Shown here: positions 30,799 to 39,232 of the stretch, in pieces
Layout: each line of letters begins with the position of its first letter
Position numbering within the stretch: position 1 is the stretch's first letter
Source of the DNA: Verrucomicrobiales bacterium
GTDB lineage: Bacteria > Verrucomicrobiota > Verrucomicrobiia > Verrucomicrobiales > V1-33
DNA length: 64,000 nucleotides
NCBI GenBank assembly: GCA_031411295.1
Contig: JANOAV010000035.1
Span: 1 to 64,000 of the forward strand
Direction: 5' to 3'
The notes under the pieces: model-generated
What the model was told of the DNA's origin: nothing
Databases searched by the model: none
Seen by the model: the letters and a program-made list of their open reading frames with translations, nothing else
Made by a program: the position numbers and the translations under genes

Positions 30799-31629
30799 CT
30801 ACTGCGCAGGGGCGGGTGTCGGAGCTGGCGGAGCAATTGGTGCTGCAGCCGCAGCAGGCGTGGGAGTGGCTGGCGCAGCAGCAGCCGCTCCAAAGGTGTT
30901 TTGCTCCTTAACCCAGGCATCGTATTCCTTCTGCGAGACAATATTCATCAGCCCCTTCATGACGCCATGACCTGGCCCGCAAAGCTGACCGCAAATAATT
31001 TCAGATTGACCCACCAGAGTGGGAATGAACCAAACACGATTCAACTGACCAGGAACCGCATCCGTCGTAACCCGAGCGCGGACCAGCGCCAGATTATGGA
31101 TGACGTCCTTGGAGGTAACGCCCACCACGATTTTCTTGTCCAATGGCACCCAGAGTTCAGAGACGACAATGTCATCCTTACCGTTCGGATCATCGGGGTC
31201 GATGCCGGCATTGTTCGATCCGCTATAGTTGCGGGGATCGGTGTTGCCGAATCGACCGTCAGCCCCGGCATAATGGAAAGTCCAGTTATATTGCTGAGCA
31301 ATCGCACGAACTTGCACAACGTCATCCCCCACTGGGATGTCATCGGTGCGCTGACCCCAAAGCGGAAAAGCGAATCCGAGCAGCAGCACCACCTCTGTCA
31401 CGATCACGCCGATTTCGATATGGCTCGAGGCATGGCTTTGCACACCGCCGTAATCTGCCTTGGGGTGGTTCCGACGATTGAAACGCCACAAGACGAAGAC
31501 CACAAACACGGACCAGCCAATGCCAAGGAAGAGCATGAACCAGTGAACCAGTTCAAGGAGGTTATCGACTAACTCTCCGTGGACGGAGCCACATTCGGTA
31601 ATGCCAAGGAGTTTATTGAGAATGCCCAT
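30799..31629 (-). CDS. coxB: Cytochrome c oxidase subunit II (CuA)
   Basis: AQQYNW, DVIH, CGQLCGPGHGVM CuA motif. Confidence 0.95.
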   Translation of the reverse strand: MGILNKLLGITECGSVHGELVDNLLELVHWFMLFLGIGWSVFVVFVLWRFNRRNHPKADYGGVQSHASSHIEIGVIVTEVVLLLGFAFPLWGQRTDDIPVGDDVVQVRAIAQQYNWTFHYAGADGRFGNTDPRNYSGSNNAGIDPDDPNGKDDIVVSELWVPLDKKIVVGVTSKDVIHNLALVRARVTTDAVPGQLNRVWFIPTLVGQSEIICGQLCGPGHGVMKGLMNIVSQKEYDAWVKEQNTFGAAAAAPATPTPAAAAAPIAPPAPTPAPAQ

Positions 31630-31677
31630 AGGTTATGAAAGTAGGATAAATCGCGAATAGAAGGGGGGAAGTTTAAT

Positions 31678-31872
31678 CTAGGAGTCTTGAGCGTGCTTGC
31701 GGGCTCGCTTGGCAAAGTTGTAAGCCGTGACGGCCAAGCAGCCAAAAATGAGCACGAGAACTCCGAGCATCATGAAAATACCCAAATTGGCAGCCTTTTG
31801 GGTGACGCCACCACGGTCAGTCATACACGTGGAACACGCGAGGAAGTGAAAGGAAGAGATGAGGGTGCTCAT
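31678..31872 (-). CDS. Small membrane protein with CxxC in the oxidase operon
   Basis: 64 aa, ACSTC plus one TM; packed in the operon. Confidence 0.7.
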   Translation of the reverse strand: MSTLISSFHFLACSTCMTDRGGVTQKAANLGIFMMLGVLVLIFGCLAVTAYNFAKRARKHAQDS

Positions 31873-31884
31873 ACGAAAAGAAGT

Positions 31885-32085
31885 TTAGTGGACAATAATA
31901 AGGGCGGCCTTTTTCCTGACGAACCAGACCCCATAAATCAAGATCACAGCCCCCAGAGCAGCCGTGACGGCTCCTGGAATCTGCATCCCCTGACTACCTT
32001 CACCAAAGAACGCCCACGCGGAAAATCCGGCACAGAACAGAACTGCAATCGTGATGAAAAAAATGTGGAAGCCTTTGAGGGACAT
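31885..32085 (-). CDS. Small two-TM protein in the oxidase operon
   Basis: 66 aa, MSLKGFHIFFI, two hydrophobic helices; 12-nt gaps on both sides. Confidence 0.75.
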   Translation of the reverse strand: MSLKGFHIFFITIAVLFCAGFSAWAFFGEGSQGMQIPGAVTAALGAVILIYGVWFVRKKAALIIVH

Positions 32086-32097
32086 GAGATTGGGAGG

Positions 32098-32469
32098 TTA
32101 CTTTTTGAAAACCATGTTGTGAGTTTGATCTGCCGGAAGCGGGTCCTTCTGCGCAGAGAGGAACAAGAACATCATCACGGCAAAGAAGATGGAAGTGAAA
32201 ATCAGGAACTTGAAAATGATCGTCTTCTCGTTTTTCAAGTGCATGAAGATCAACGCTACCAGGGAGCACTTGAACGTAGCGATGGATAAACCGAGGGTGA
32301 TGTTGGCCCAGCGATGGTGGAGGTCAAAAACATCCATGAAGGCGGCTCCGACAGTCAGAACCGTGCCACCGAAGAGGATTGCCCCGACGATGAGATACGT
32401 CTTGATGTGGGCGGACCAATCGTGATCATGGGGATCGCCAGGAAGGGTGGGAGAAGTAGAATCAGACAT
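32098..32469 (-). CDS. Cytochrome c oxidase subunit IV (caa3-type)
   Basis: IATFKCSLVALIFMHLK motif, three TM. Confidence 0.9.
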   Translation of the reverse strand: MSDSTSPTLPGDPHDHDWSAHIKTYLIVGAILFGGTVLTVGAAFMDVFDLHHRWANITLGLSIATFKCSLVALIFMHLKNEKTIIFKFLIFTSIFFAVMMFLFLSAQKDPLPADQTHNMVFKK

Positions 32470-32490
32470 AGAGAAAGAGATGAGGTCAGC

Positions 32491-33927
32491 TTACATCAAA
32501 TAATAGAGCGGGAACAGGAAGATCCAAACCAGATCGACGAAGTGCCAGAACAACCCACCAACTTCGATACGGTTGGCCAGCTGATCAGGATTCGTTTCAT
32601 ACATTTTACGTCCGGTGCACAGGAACCAAAGCAGCACTGCGGCACCACCAATCACGTGCAGACCATGCAGACCTGTCATCATGAAGTAGATGGCGTAGAA
32701 GTTGTTGTAACGCGGGGTAAAATTTGAGAAGAAGCGCTTGTCGGCCCGGTCAATTTCGATCAGTTTGCTGTGATCCAGACTGTGCGCCCATTCCTTATCG
32801 TCCTCATCGTTGTAGCGGTCTGCGCGGCGGGTAACGTCTTCATCGCCAGTGGATTTCACTCGATCTGCGGCATCCACCTTAATGTTGTTGAAGAGCCAAG
32901 GCTTGTGTTCTTTTAATTCCTTAAGGCTCTTCTCGCGCGAGGCGAAGAACTTAGCCTTCATGTCCTCGCCCAGGTATTTCCAGGCGGTGGATTTGTCCAT
33001 GTTTTTGGCATGGCGGAGATCAATGCAGTCCGGAATGAATTCGATGGAATCGGTTACCAGCTTCCCAGTTACTTTGGTTTCCTCCCGAAAGACCAGTGAG
33101 CCTTTGTCATACGAAAGCAGATCGCGCTCTCCAACCTTCAAGAGTAATGGCTCTCCGACAACTTCTAAAGTGACGCTTTCAGGCACCGTTAGCGGTGGAC
33201 GCTGATATTCTTTATTTCCCGCATCCAAGGCGGCACGCTCTAAGGCATTGGCCGCTTTATGGGCGGTCATATACTTGGCACGCTCCTCGCTGAGCCAGGC
33301 CTTAGTCAACTCAACTTCCTTACCATCCTGAGTCTTCACTTTGATCGGGTCCTTCCCCTCCACGTCATGGTAGAGATGTTCCCCTTCCACGGGATGGTGT
33401 TCATCAAATTTAGCGTTCTTCTCCACCCGGTAATCCAAGACCCGCAGGTCAGAGCTTGGGTTCTTCAGGGAGATGGTAATCTTGTTGACTTCGCCAAAGA
33501 CAATTTTGTCGCCTTGTTTGCTGTGACCCACGTGGCCTTCCATGATGGTGCCATCAGTCAGGGTGATTCCGTAGTGGTGGAATTTACCCCAGTATTCGTA
33601 GGATTTTAGTCCCATGAAGGCCACCGCGCAGAGGATGGTGATGGCCAAATACATCTGATATTTGCGGTATTGCCGCATCTTCAAGGAAGCCCACGCCATC
33701 ACCACGGTGACAGAGGAGAAGATCAGGACAAAGGTATTGGTCAAGCCGGGCCAAACGATGAGGTCATGGAACGGCCAAGCGAAGTCAGCCCCCACTCGCA
33801 GGAAGATGTAGGATGAGAACAACCCGCCGAAGAGCATTACTTCAGAGGCTAGAAACAGCCAGATGCCAAGCTTGGGGTTGGCCAGTCCGGTATCGGGACG
33901 TGGTTGAACGGTATAAGGAATCTCCAT
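32491..33927 (-). CDS. coxC: Cytochrome c oxidase subunit III with a large soluble insertion
   Basis: [37 protein letters not shown]. Confidence 0.93.
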   Translation of the reverse strand: MEIPYTVQPRPDTGLANPKLGIWLFLASEVMLFGGLFSSYIFLRVGADFAWPFHDLIVWPGLTNTFVLIFSSVTVVMAWASLKMRQYRKYQMYLAITILCAVAFMGLKSYEYWGKFHHYGITLTDGTIMEGHVGHSKQGDKIVFGEVNKITISLKNPSSDLRVLDYRVEKNAKFDEHHPVEGEHLYHDVEGKDPIKVKTQDGKEVELTKAWLSEERAKYMTAHKAANALERAALDAGNKEYQRPPLTVPESVTLEVVGEPLLLKVGERDLLSYDKGSLVFREETKVTGKLVTDSIEFIPDCIDLRHAKNMDKSTAWKYLGEDMKAKFFASREKSLKELKEHKPWLFNNIKVDAADRVKSTGDEDVTRRADRYNDEDDKEWAHSLDHSKLIEIDRADKRFFSNFTPRYNNFYAIYFMMTGLHGLHVIGGAAVLLWFLCTGRKMYETNPDQLANRIEVGGLFWHFVDLVWIFLFPLYYLM

Positions 33928-33967
33928 TGAGAAATGAAAGTGAGAAGTGGAAGAGTGAAGGAATGTC

Positions 33968-35857
33968 CTAGTGGGTGTGGGCAGGCGCTTTCGGCGTCTC
34001 GGGCAATTCTTTGGCACCGTGAGCCTTTTCGTAATCATTTAACGGAGCCCACTGAGGAATGAAGTCATCGGTGGTTCCAGGAGCGGCGTATTCATAAGGC
34101 CCGCGGTTGGCCACGGGTTCGATGAGGAAGTTGCCATGGGGAGGAGGCGTGGGAGTGGCCCATTCCAAGGTCGTGGCGCGCCATGGATTATCATCGTTGA
34201 CCTTTTTGGCGAAGAAGATGGTGTAAACCAAGTTAATGATGAAGGGCAACTGGGCGGCAGCCAGCCAGAAGGCTGCACTCGACATCAACCCGTTGAGGTG
34301 GAGGTATCCCTTGGAGGTTTCTGGGAAGCCAAGACCACCGTTATACCAGCGACGGTGAAACCCAGCCATCCCCTGCCAGAACATCGGGGCAAAAATCAGG
34401 TTCATACAGATCAGACTTGGCCAAAAATGCAGGTGACCGAGGAAGCTATTGAGCTTCTTACCGGACATTTTAGGGAACCAATGATAAATTCCACCGAACA
34501 TGGCGAAGATGGTTCCTGGAGCTACCACGTAGTGGAAGTGACCGATCACGTAGTAGGTGTCATGCAAGTAGAGGTCGATCATGTTGAAGGCCAACGGAAG
34601 ACCCGTCAGACCACCGATTCCGAACATGGGAAGGAACGCCGTGGCCCAAAGCATGGGCACCGTAAATCGAATCGACCCACCCCACAGAGAAATCATCAAA
34701 CAGGTCAGCAGGATGACCGAGGGGACGGAAATCATGACCGTAGTAAACTGGAAGAACGTGGAAATGGATTGACCCATGCCGGTCATATACATGTGGTGAG
34801 CCCAGACGATGAAACTGAGGAAGCCCAGCACGAGCACGCCACCGACCATGGATTTATAGCCCCAAAGCGGACGACGCGTATTGGCTGGAATAATGTCAGA
34901 ACAGATGGCGATGCCAGGAAGAATCAACACGTAAACTTCAGGGTGGGCCAGGAACCAGAACAAATGCTGATAGAGCAGCGGGCTGCCACCACCGGAAATG
35001 TCCAGGTGCTGGCCGTTGACATACAGGCCAGTGGGGAGGTAGAAGCTGGAACCGAAGACCCGGTCGGACAATTGCAGCAAGGCGGCTACTTCGAGTGGTG
35101 GGAAGGCCAGCAGCAGAAGGAAGGCAATGACCATCATGGCCCAGGAGAAGAATGGCACCCGCATCCAAGTCATGCCCTTGGCCCGGAGATTCATGACCGT
35201 GGTAATGAAATTGACCGCGCCCAACAAAGAAGCGCTGATGTTGAAGACCATCGCAAGCAGCCAGATCGTTTGTCCGTGCAACCACGGGTTTGGCGAATGA
35301 GCACCCACCGTGGATGCCAGGGGAGAATAATTCGTCCAACCCGATTGAGCAGCACCTTCAGGGACGAAGAAACTGCCAAACATCAGGATGCCGGAAACGA
35401 GGAAGAGCCAGAAACTCCACATGTTCAACCGGGGAAAGGCCATATCGACTGCGCCCACTTGGAGCGGCATGACGAAGTTACCAAAAGCGGCCACACCCAG
35501 TGGCACCACCCCGAAAAACACCATGATGGTTCCGTGCATGGCCCCAAACATATTATAGAGCGTGCCATCCATGACCCCGTTGGGAGCCCATTGATCCATG
35601 AATCCTTTACCGAACATGCCCAACAGCGTGCGAATCCACACTGGCATGATTTCACCTGGATGCGCGATGCTCCAACGCATGGCAATCATCAAAATAAACC
35701 CGATAGCCAGGAAAATCAGACCGCAGATGCCATACTGCATGCCGATCATTTTGTGATCGGTGCTGAAGACATATTTCCTCAGGAAAGATGGATTGTGGTG
35801 GTCATCATGACCATGGTCATGATCGTGGGTGTGATCGGCGTGGGCAGCAGCACTCAT
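33968..35857 (-). CDS. coxA: A-type heme-copper oxidase subunit I
   Basis: [42 protein letters not shown]. Confidence 0.97.
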   Translation of the reverse strand: MSAAAHADHTHDHDHGHDDHHNPSFLRKYVFSTDHKMIGMQYGICGLIFLAIGFILMIAMRWSIAHPGEIMPVWIRTLLGMFGKGFMDQWAPNGVMDGTLYNMFGAMHGTIMVFFGVVPLGVAAFGNFVMPLQVGAVDMAFPRLNMWSFWLFLVSGILMFGSFFVPEGAAQSGWTNYSPLASTVGAHSPNPWLHGQTIWLLAMVFNISASLLGAVNFITTVMNLRAKGMTWMRVPFFSWAMMVIAFLLLLAFPPLEVAALLQLSDRVFGSSFYLPTGLYVNGQHLDISGGGSPLLYQHLFWFLAHPEVYVLILPGIAICSDIIPANTRRPLWGYKSMVGGVLVLGFLSFIVWAHHMYMTGMGQSISTFFQFTTVMISVPSVILLTCLMISLWGGSIRFTVPMLWATAFLPMFGIGGLTGLPLAFNMIDLYLHDTYYVIGHFHYVVAPGTIFAMFGGIYHWFPKMSGKKLNSFLGHLHFWPSLICMNLIFAPMFWQGMAGFHRRWYNGGLGFPETSKGYLHLNGLMSSAAFWLAAAQLPFIINLVYTIFFAKKVNDDNPWRATTLEWATPTPPPHGNFLIEPVANRGPYEYAAPGTTDDFIPQWAPLNDYEKAHGAKELPETPKAPAHTH

Positions 35858-35905
35858 GGTAATTTTTCCGGTTCTGGATGGAGAATTCCGTAAAGGGTTA
35901 GAAGA

Positions 35906-36649
35906 TTATTTGGCGGCCGGGGCCGGGGCGTTGGCAGGGGCCGGAGCGGCACCAGCGGCGGGAGCAGCACCGCCAGCGACAAGCGGTTTTTTGCTGGGAG
36001 GAAGGTTGGCGTCAGCCGGGATCTTCTCCAAGTCGGCAAAAGGAATTGGACTTGGCAAGGCGGAGATCTCCGCAGTGTAAGCTTTGATCTGATCATCCAT
36101 AATGAACGAGCCCTTATTGCTCCAGTTATTGCGCACGAAGGAGAGCACTTGCGCCAACTGTTTGTCGTTTAAATTTACGCCACCTTTGGCATTCATCACG
36201 GCAGTGCCGTAAGTGGTTCCTTTGACGTGGATCGGTCCCATCAGGCCTTTCAAGCCGATGGTAGCGATGCGCTTTTCACCACCCACAACCCATTCGGAAC
36301 CGTCCAGTGGCGGGATGCCAGCAGAGGCATTTCCCAGACCGTTCGGCTGATGGCAGCCTTGGCAGGCGGTGCTGTAAACTCCGGCTCCATCCTTGAGCCA
36401 CTTGACGTCTGGTGGGGTGGTGTCCTCAGCAGCTCCAGTATTTTTAGGGCGCTCTGCCTTGGGCGCTCCAATGTTGGCCCCGATGAATCCGCCCGCAAAG
36501 ATAAAAACCGCAGCGGAGAGAATCAACGGGAGATTGCTCAAAGGCGCTTCGTGGGTCGGTTGGACGACGTTTTCACGGGCGGCAGCTGAATGGGCCCGGG
36601 CCACATTCATGGTGGGTTGGGCATCGATGTTGTCGTTTGGTTGGCTCAT
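35906..36649 (-). CDS. Membrane-anchored monoheme cytochrome c
   Basis: TM, CQGCH, PPLDGSEWV, distal Met. Confidence 0.92.
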   Translation of the reverse strand: MSQPNDNIDAQPTMNVARAHSAAARENVVQPTHEAPLSNLPLILSAAVFIFAGGFIGANIGAPKAERPKNTGAAEDTTPPDVKWLKDGAGVYSTACQGCHQPNGLGNASAGIPPLDGSEWVVGGEKRIATIGLKGLMGPIHVKGTTYGTAVMNAKGGVNLNDKQLAQVLSFVRNNWSNKGSFIMDDQIKAYTAEISALPSPIPFADLEKIPADANLPPSKKPLVAGGAAPAAGAAPAPANAPAPAAK

Positions 36650-36674
36650 GGCGGCAAAGGAACAGGGTGGGGAA

Positions 36675-37412
36675 TTATTTCGCAGCGGCTTTCTTCTCGG
36701 CTACGGTTTTGCCGCTGATAGAGATCGGCAGGGGGAGGTCACGTCTCAAGGCCAGAAGATATTCTGCCAGGGCTTTCGCGTCACTAGTAGGAACGACTTG
36801 TTTGCCGTCTGGGATGCCTGCGTTCTTTACTCCGTCCACTCGTGGCTGGCCTTCAATCTCAACTTCATCGTAGAGGCTATGAAAGCTGGGGTGATTGGAC
36901 CAAGCACGCACGCTCTTGGGGGCAAACAAATATTGATGCAGTTCGGCTTCTGATTTGAAACGATATCCTGCATTGGCGAGGTCCGGCCCGATCCGTCGTT
37001 GCCCGATCATGGCGAAATCTTCTCCGAGATAATCCCACGGAGTGGATTCGCGTGTTTCCGTCAGTCCTTTGGCCGTTTGATCTGCACCCCAACCCTTTTT
37101 GAATTGGTCAACTCCATTGGCGCTAACACGAATGATTTGGGTGTGGCACTGGGCGCATCCCAGACGGGCATACACTTTTTGCCCGCGGCTCTTGGACCCC
37201 ACGGTCGCAGCAGGATAAACCACCCCTTTCAAATCAGGGCGCTCATAGAACTCGGTATCCACTTCCATTCCGAGATCAGGATGGGTGTCCGCAGAAGAAT
37301 ACGGAATGGGCTGACGAGCGCGTTCTTCCGCATAAGGCTTGAGCACCAGAGCGAAGGCTGGCAAGCCGAAGCAAGCGGCCAGACCGAGAATGAATTTGGG
37401 CAAACTTTCCAT
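36675..37412 (-). CDS. CcoO-like (cbb3 subunit II-like) monoheme cytochrome c
   Basis: G..VY...GCAQCHTQIIR and RIGPDLA CcoO motifs. Confidence 0.9.
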   Translation of the reverse strand: MESLPKFILGLAACFGLPAFALVLKPYAEERARQPIPYSSADTHPDLGMEVDTEFYERPDLKGVVYPAATVGSKSRGQKVYARLGCAQCHTQIIRVSANGVDQFKKGWGADQTAKGLTETRESTPWDYLGEDFAMIGQRRIGPDLANAGYRFKSEAELHQYLFAPKSVRAWSNHPSFHSLYDEVEIEGQPRVDGVKNAGIPDGKQVVPTSDAKALAEYLLALRRDLPLPISISGKTVAEKKAAAK

Positions 37413-37440
37413 GAGTGAAATCAGTCGTTGAGCGGTTTGA

Positions 37441-38940
37441 TTAAGCGGTTTCGGCACCTTCGTGGGTCATGACCAATTCGGCATGATCCACCTCGGGTTC
37501 GGGGTCTTGAATCATGGTGGGAGCGCCCGCTTTGCGGCCCTTGTTCATCACCATGAGAGCCAGGTGGCTGAAGAAAGAAAGGTTGGCCACGAGGACCAGC
37601 ATCCAAGCCACTGCGGTGCCAGTGCGGAAGCCTTGGCCGAAGGTGATGGTTGCTTGCATATCCCGGTTCCATTCGTCAATCGAGGCGCCATACCACAGGC
37701 CACTCGCCAGCAGCAGCATGCCAATGGCCACGCTGCCGTAGGCGGAGAACCAAAAGTGGAAGCGAATGCGCGAACCGCTCACCCACTCACACCCAGTGAC
37801 TCGGGGAACGATGAAATAAATGGCACCAAACATCACCATCGAGAAGAACATATAGATAGCGAAAAAGTGCGCGGCATCCTGCGCATAGGAGAACTGAGCG
37901 AAACGCCCCACCGAGGCCGTGGTCAGCAGCGCCATGATACAGCAGGAAATGCTATAGCCGATGGCCCCGAAGAAGGTGAACCGGAGGGTGGCGCTATATT
38001 GGACCAAATTATGGTTCCCGCGCACCGTATTGAAGTGGTTTACGGCCACCGCAATGACTGGAACCAGCAGGAGGATTTGCGCCCCACCGGAGATGGCAGG
38101 CATCCACCGAGGCAGCGGTCCCCCGAGCAGTTCCTGCATGCCGGTCCATCCGCCCAGAGCCAGCAGCGTCCAGAAGGCCAACTTAGCCAATTGGTAACTA
38201 TAAATAGCCTGACCAGTGATTTTGGGAATAATGTAGTAGGCGGCTCCGAGGGCCACGGGAGCAAACCAAAGGAAGGTTAAATTCCCCGCATACCAAGAGG
38301 CGATGGCAGGGCCCATGACCCCAGTCCCTTTAAGAGTATTGATGATGACATTGGCAATGAGATACATCCATGGGAAAGTGAAGCAAGCCGCCAGCAGATA
38401 CCACTGGGAAATGAACACCTCACCCTTGCGACGGGCTTGGAACATAATGACCATCCACACGGTAATGAGGAGGTAAGCGGTAAGCAGGATGGGCCAGGCG
38501 ACTGGCGGCATTTCCAGCCACTTAGCGGCCGTGCCGTAGCCGCCGAGGATGCCAGCTACTCCTACGAGCACACCCAGATTCCAGAAATGACCGGCTACGA
38601 CGACCGTGATGGGATTCTTCAGTTCGGTGCGGCAGAGGCGAGCCATGATCCAAATCATGACGCCAAATCCAGCCTGCATGGCCCAACCGTAAACCAAGGC
38701 GTTAATAAATGCGGGCTGCGTCCGGCCAAAATTCGTCCACTCCCAATCCAGGAAATTTGGCGCAAACGCTTTGATGGAGGAAAGCAACCCCAACAAAGTG
38801 GCCACGATGAGCCATGCGGCGGCACTGGTGAAGAAAAACAGCACGGGCAAACGCGTCGTCTTATCAATCGCAGCCCGCTGAATCACGTCTTCCGGCGTGC
38901 TCAGATTGGGTCGCGGGGGCAAGGTAGCTTCCTGACTCAT
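37441..38940 (-). CDS. CcoN-like (cbb3 subunit I fold) protein lacking canonical metal ligands
   Basis: About 12 TM; FGR..P, YYIIPK....IYSY.L, GAIYFIVPR, HFW motifs; His ligand motifs replaced. Confidence 0.85.
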   Translation of the reverse strand: MSQEATLPPRPNLSTPEDVIQRAAIDKTTRLPVLFFFTSAAAWLIVATLLGLLSSIKAFAPNFLDWEWTNFGRTQPAFINALVYGWAMQAGFGVMIWIMARLCRTELKNPITVVVAGHFWNLGVLVGVAGILGGYGTAAKWLEMPPVAWPILLTAYLLITVWMVIMFQARRKGEVFISQWYLLAACFTFPWMYLIANVIINTLKGTGVMGPAIASWYAGNLTFLWFAPVALGAAYYIIPKITGQAIYSYQLAKLAFWTLLALGGWTGMQELLGGPLPRWMPAISGGAQILLLVPVIAVAVNHFNTVRGNHNLVQYSATLRFTFFGAIGYSISCCIMALLTTASVGRFAQFSYAQDAAHFFAIYMFFSMVMFGAIYFIVPRVTGCEWVSGSRIRFHFWFSAYGSVAIGMLLLASGLWYGASIDEWNRDMQATITFGQGFRTGTAVAWMLVLVANLSFFSHLALMVMNKGRKAGAPTMIQDPEPEVDHAELVMTHEGAETA

Positions 38941-39035
38941 GGTAGTGGATGAAATGGCAAATTTAACGGTGAAAATCACAAAAACAGGGTCGCACAGAAC
39001 AGTCTGCACCCCATCATTCGACCGTAAATACTCGC

Positions 39036-39053
39036 TTGTGAAAAATTTCACAA
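39036..39053. promoter_or_regulatory. Rex-type operator upstream of the oxidase operon
   Basis: TTGTGAA-AAAT-TTCACAA matches the Rex consensus TTGTGAA-N4-TTCACAA; palindrome extends over 39033-39056. Confidence 0.75.
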
Positions 39054-39232
39054 GCGGAATTCTAAAAAAGTTGTCGCGGCCTGCATTCCTCATCTGCGCG
39101 GGCTCGGTGCAGGGTGTTGGCCGCACTTCTCGGCTCCTCAATTCAGCACTCGCAGCGCACCACCCAGGTCACATTAATGGGTGAAATATGATCTGTCCGC
39201 GCTTAGGGTCAGGAGGTTCATATTAGGAAATC

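Noticed and set aside
34136..35893. 585-aa plus-strand ORF
   Set aside because: Antisense shadow of coxA; no protein-like motifs
36675..38940. Functional cbb3 oxidase (ccoNO)
   Set aside because: Metal ligands are absent from the CcoN homolog, and ccoP and assembly genes are absent from the cluster
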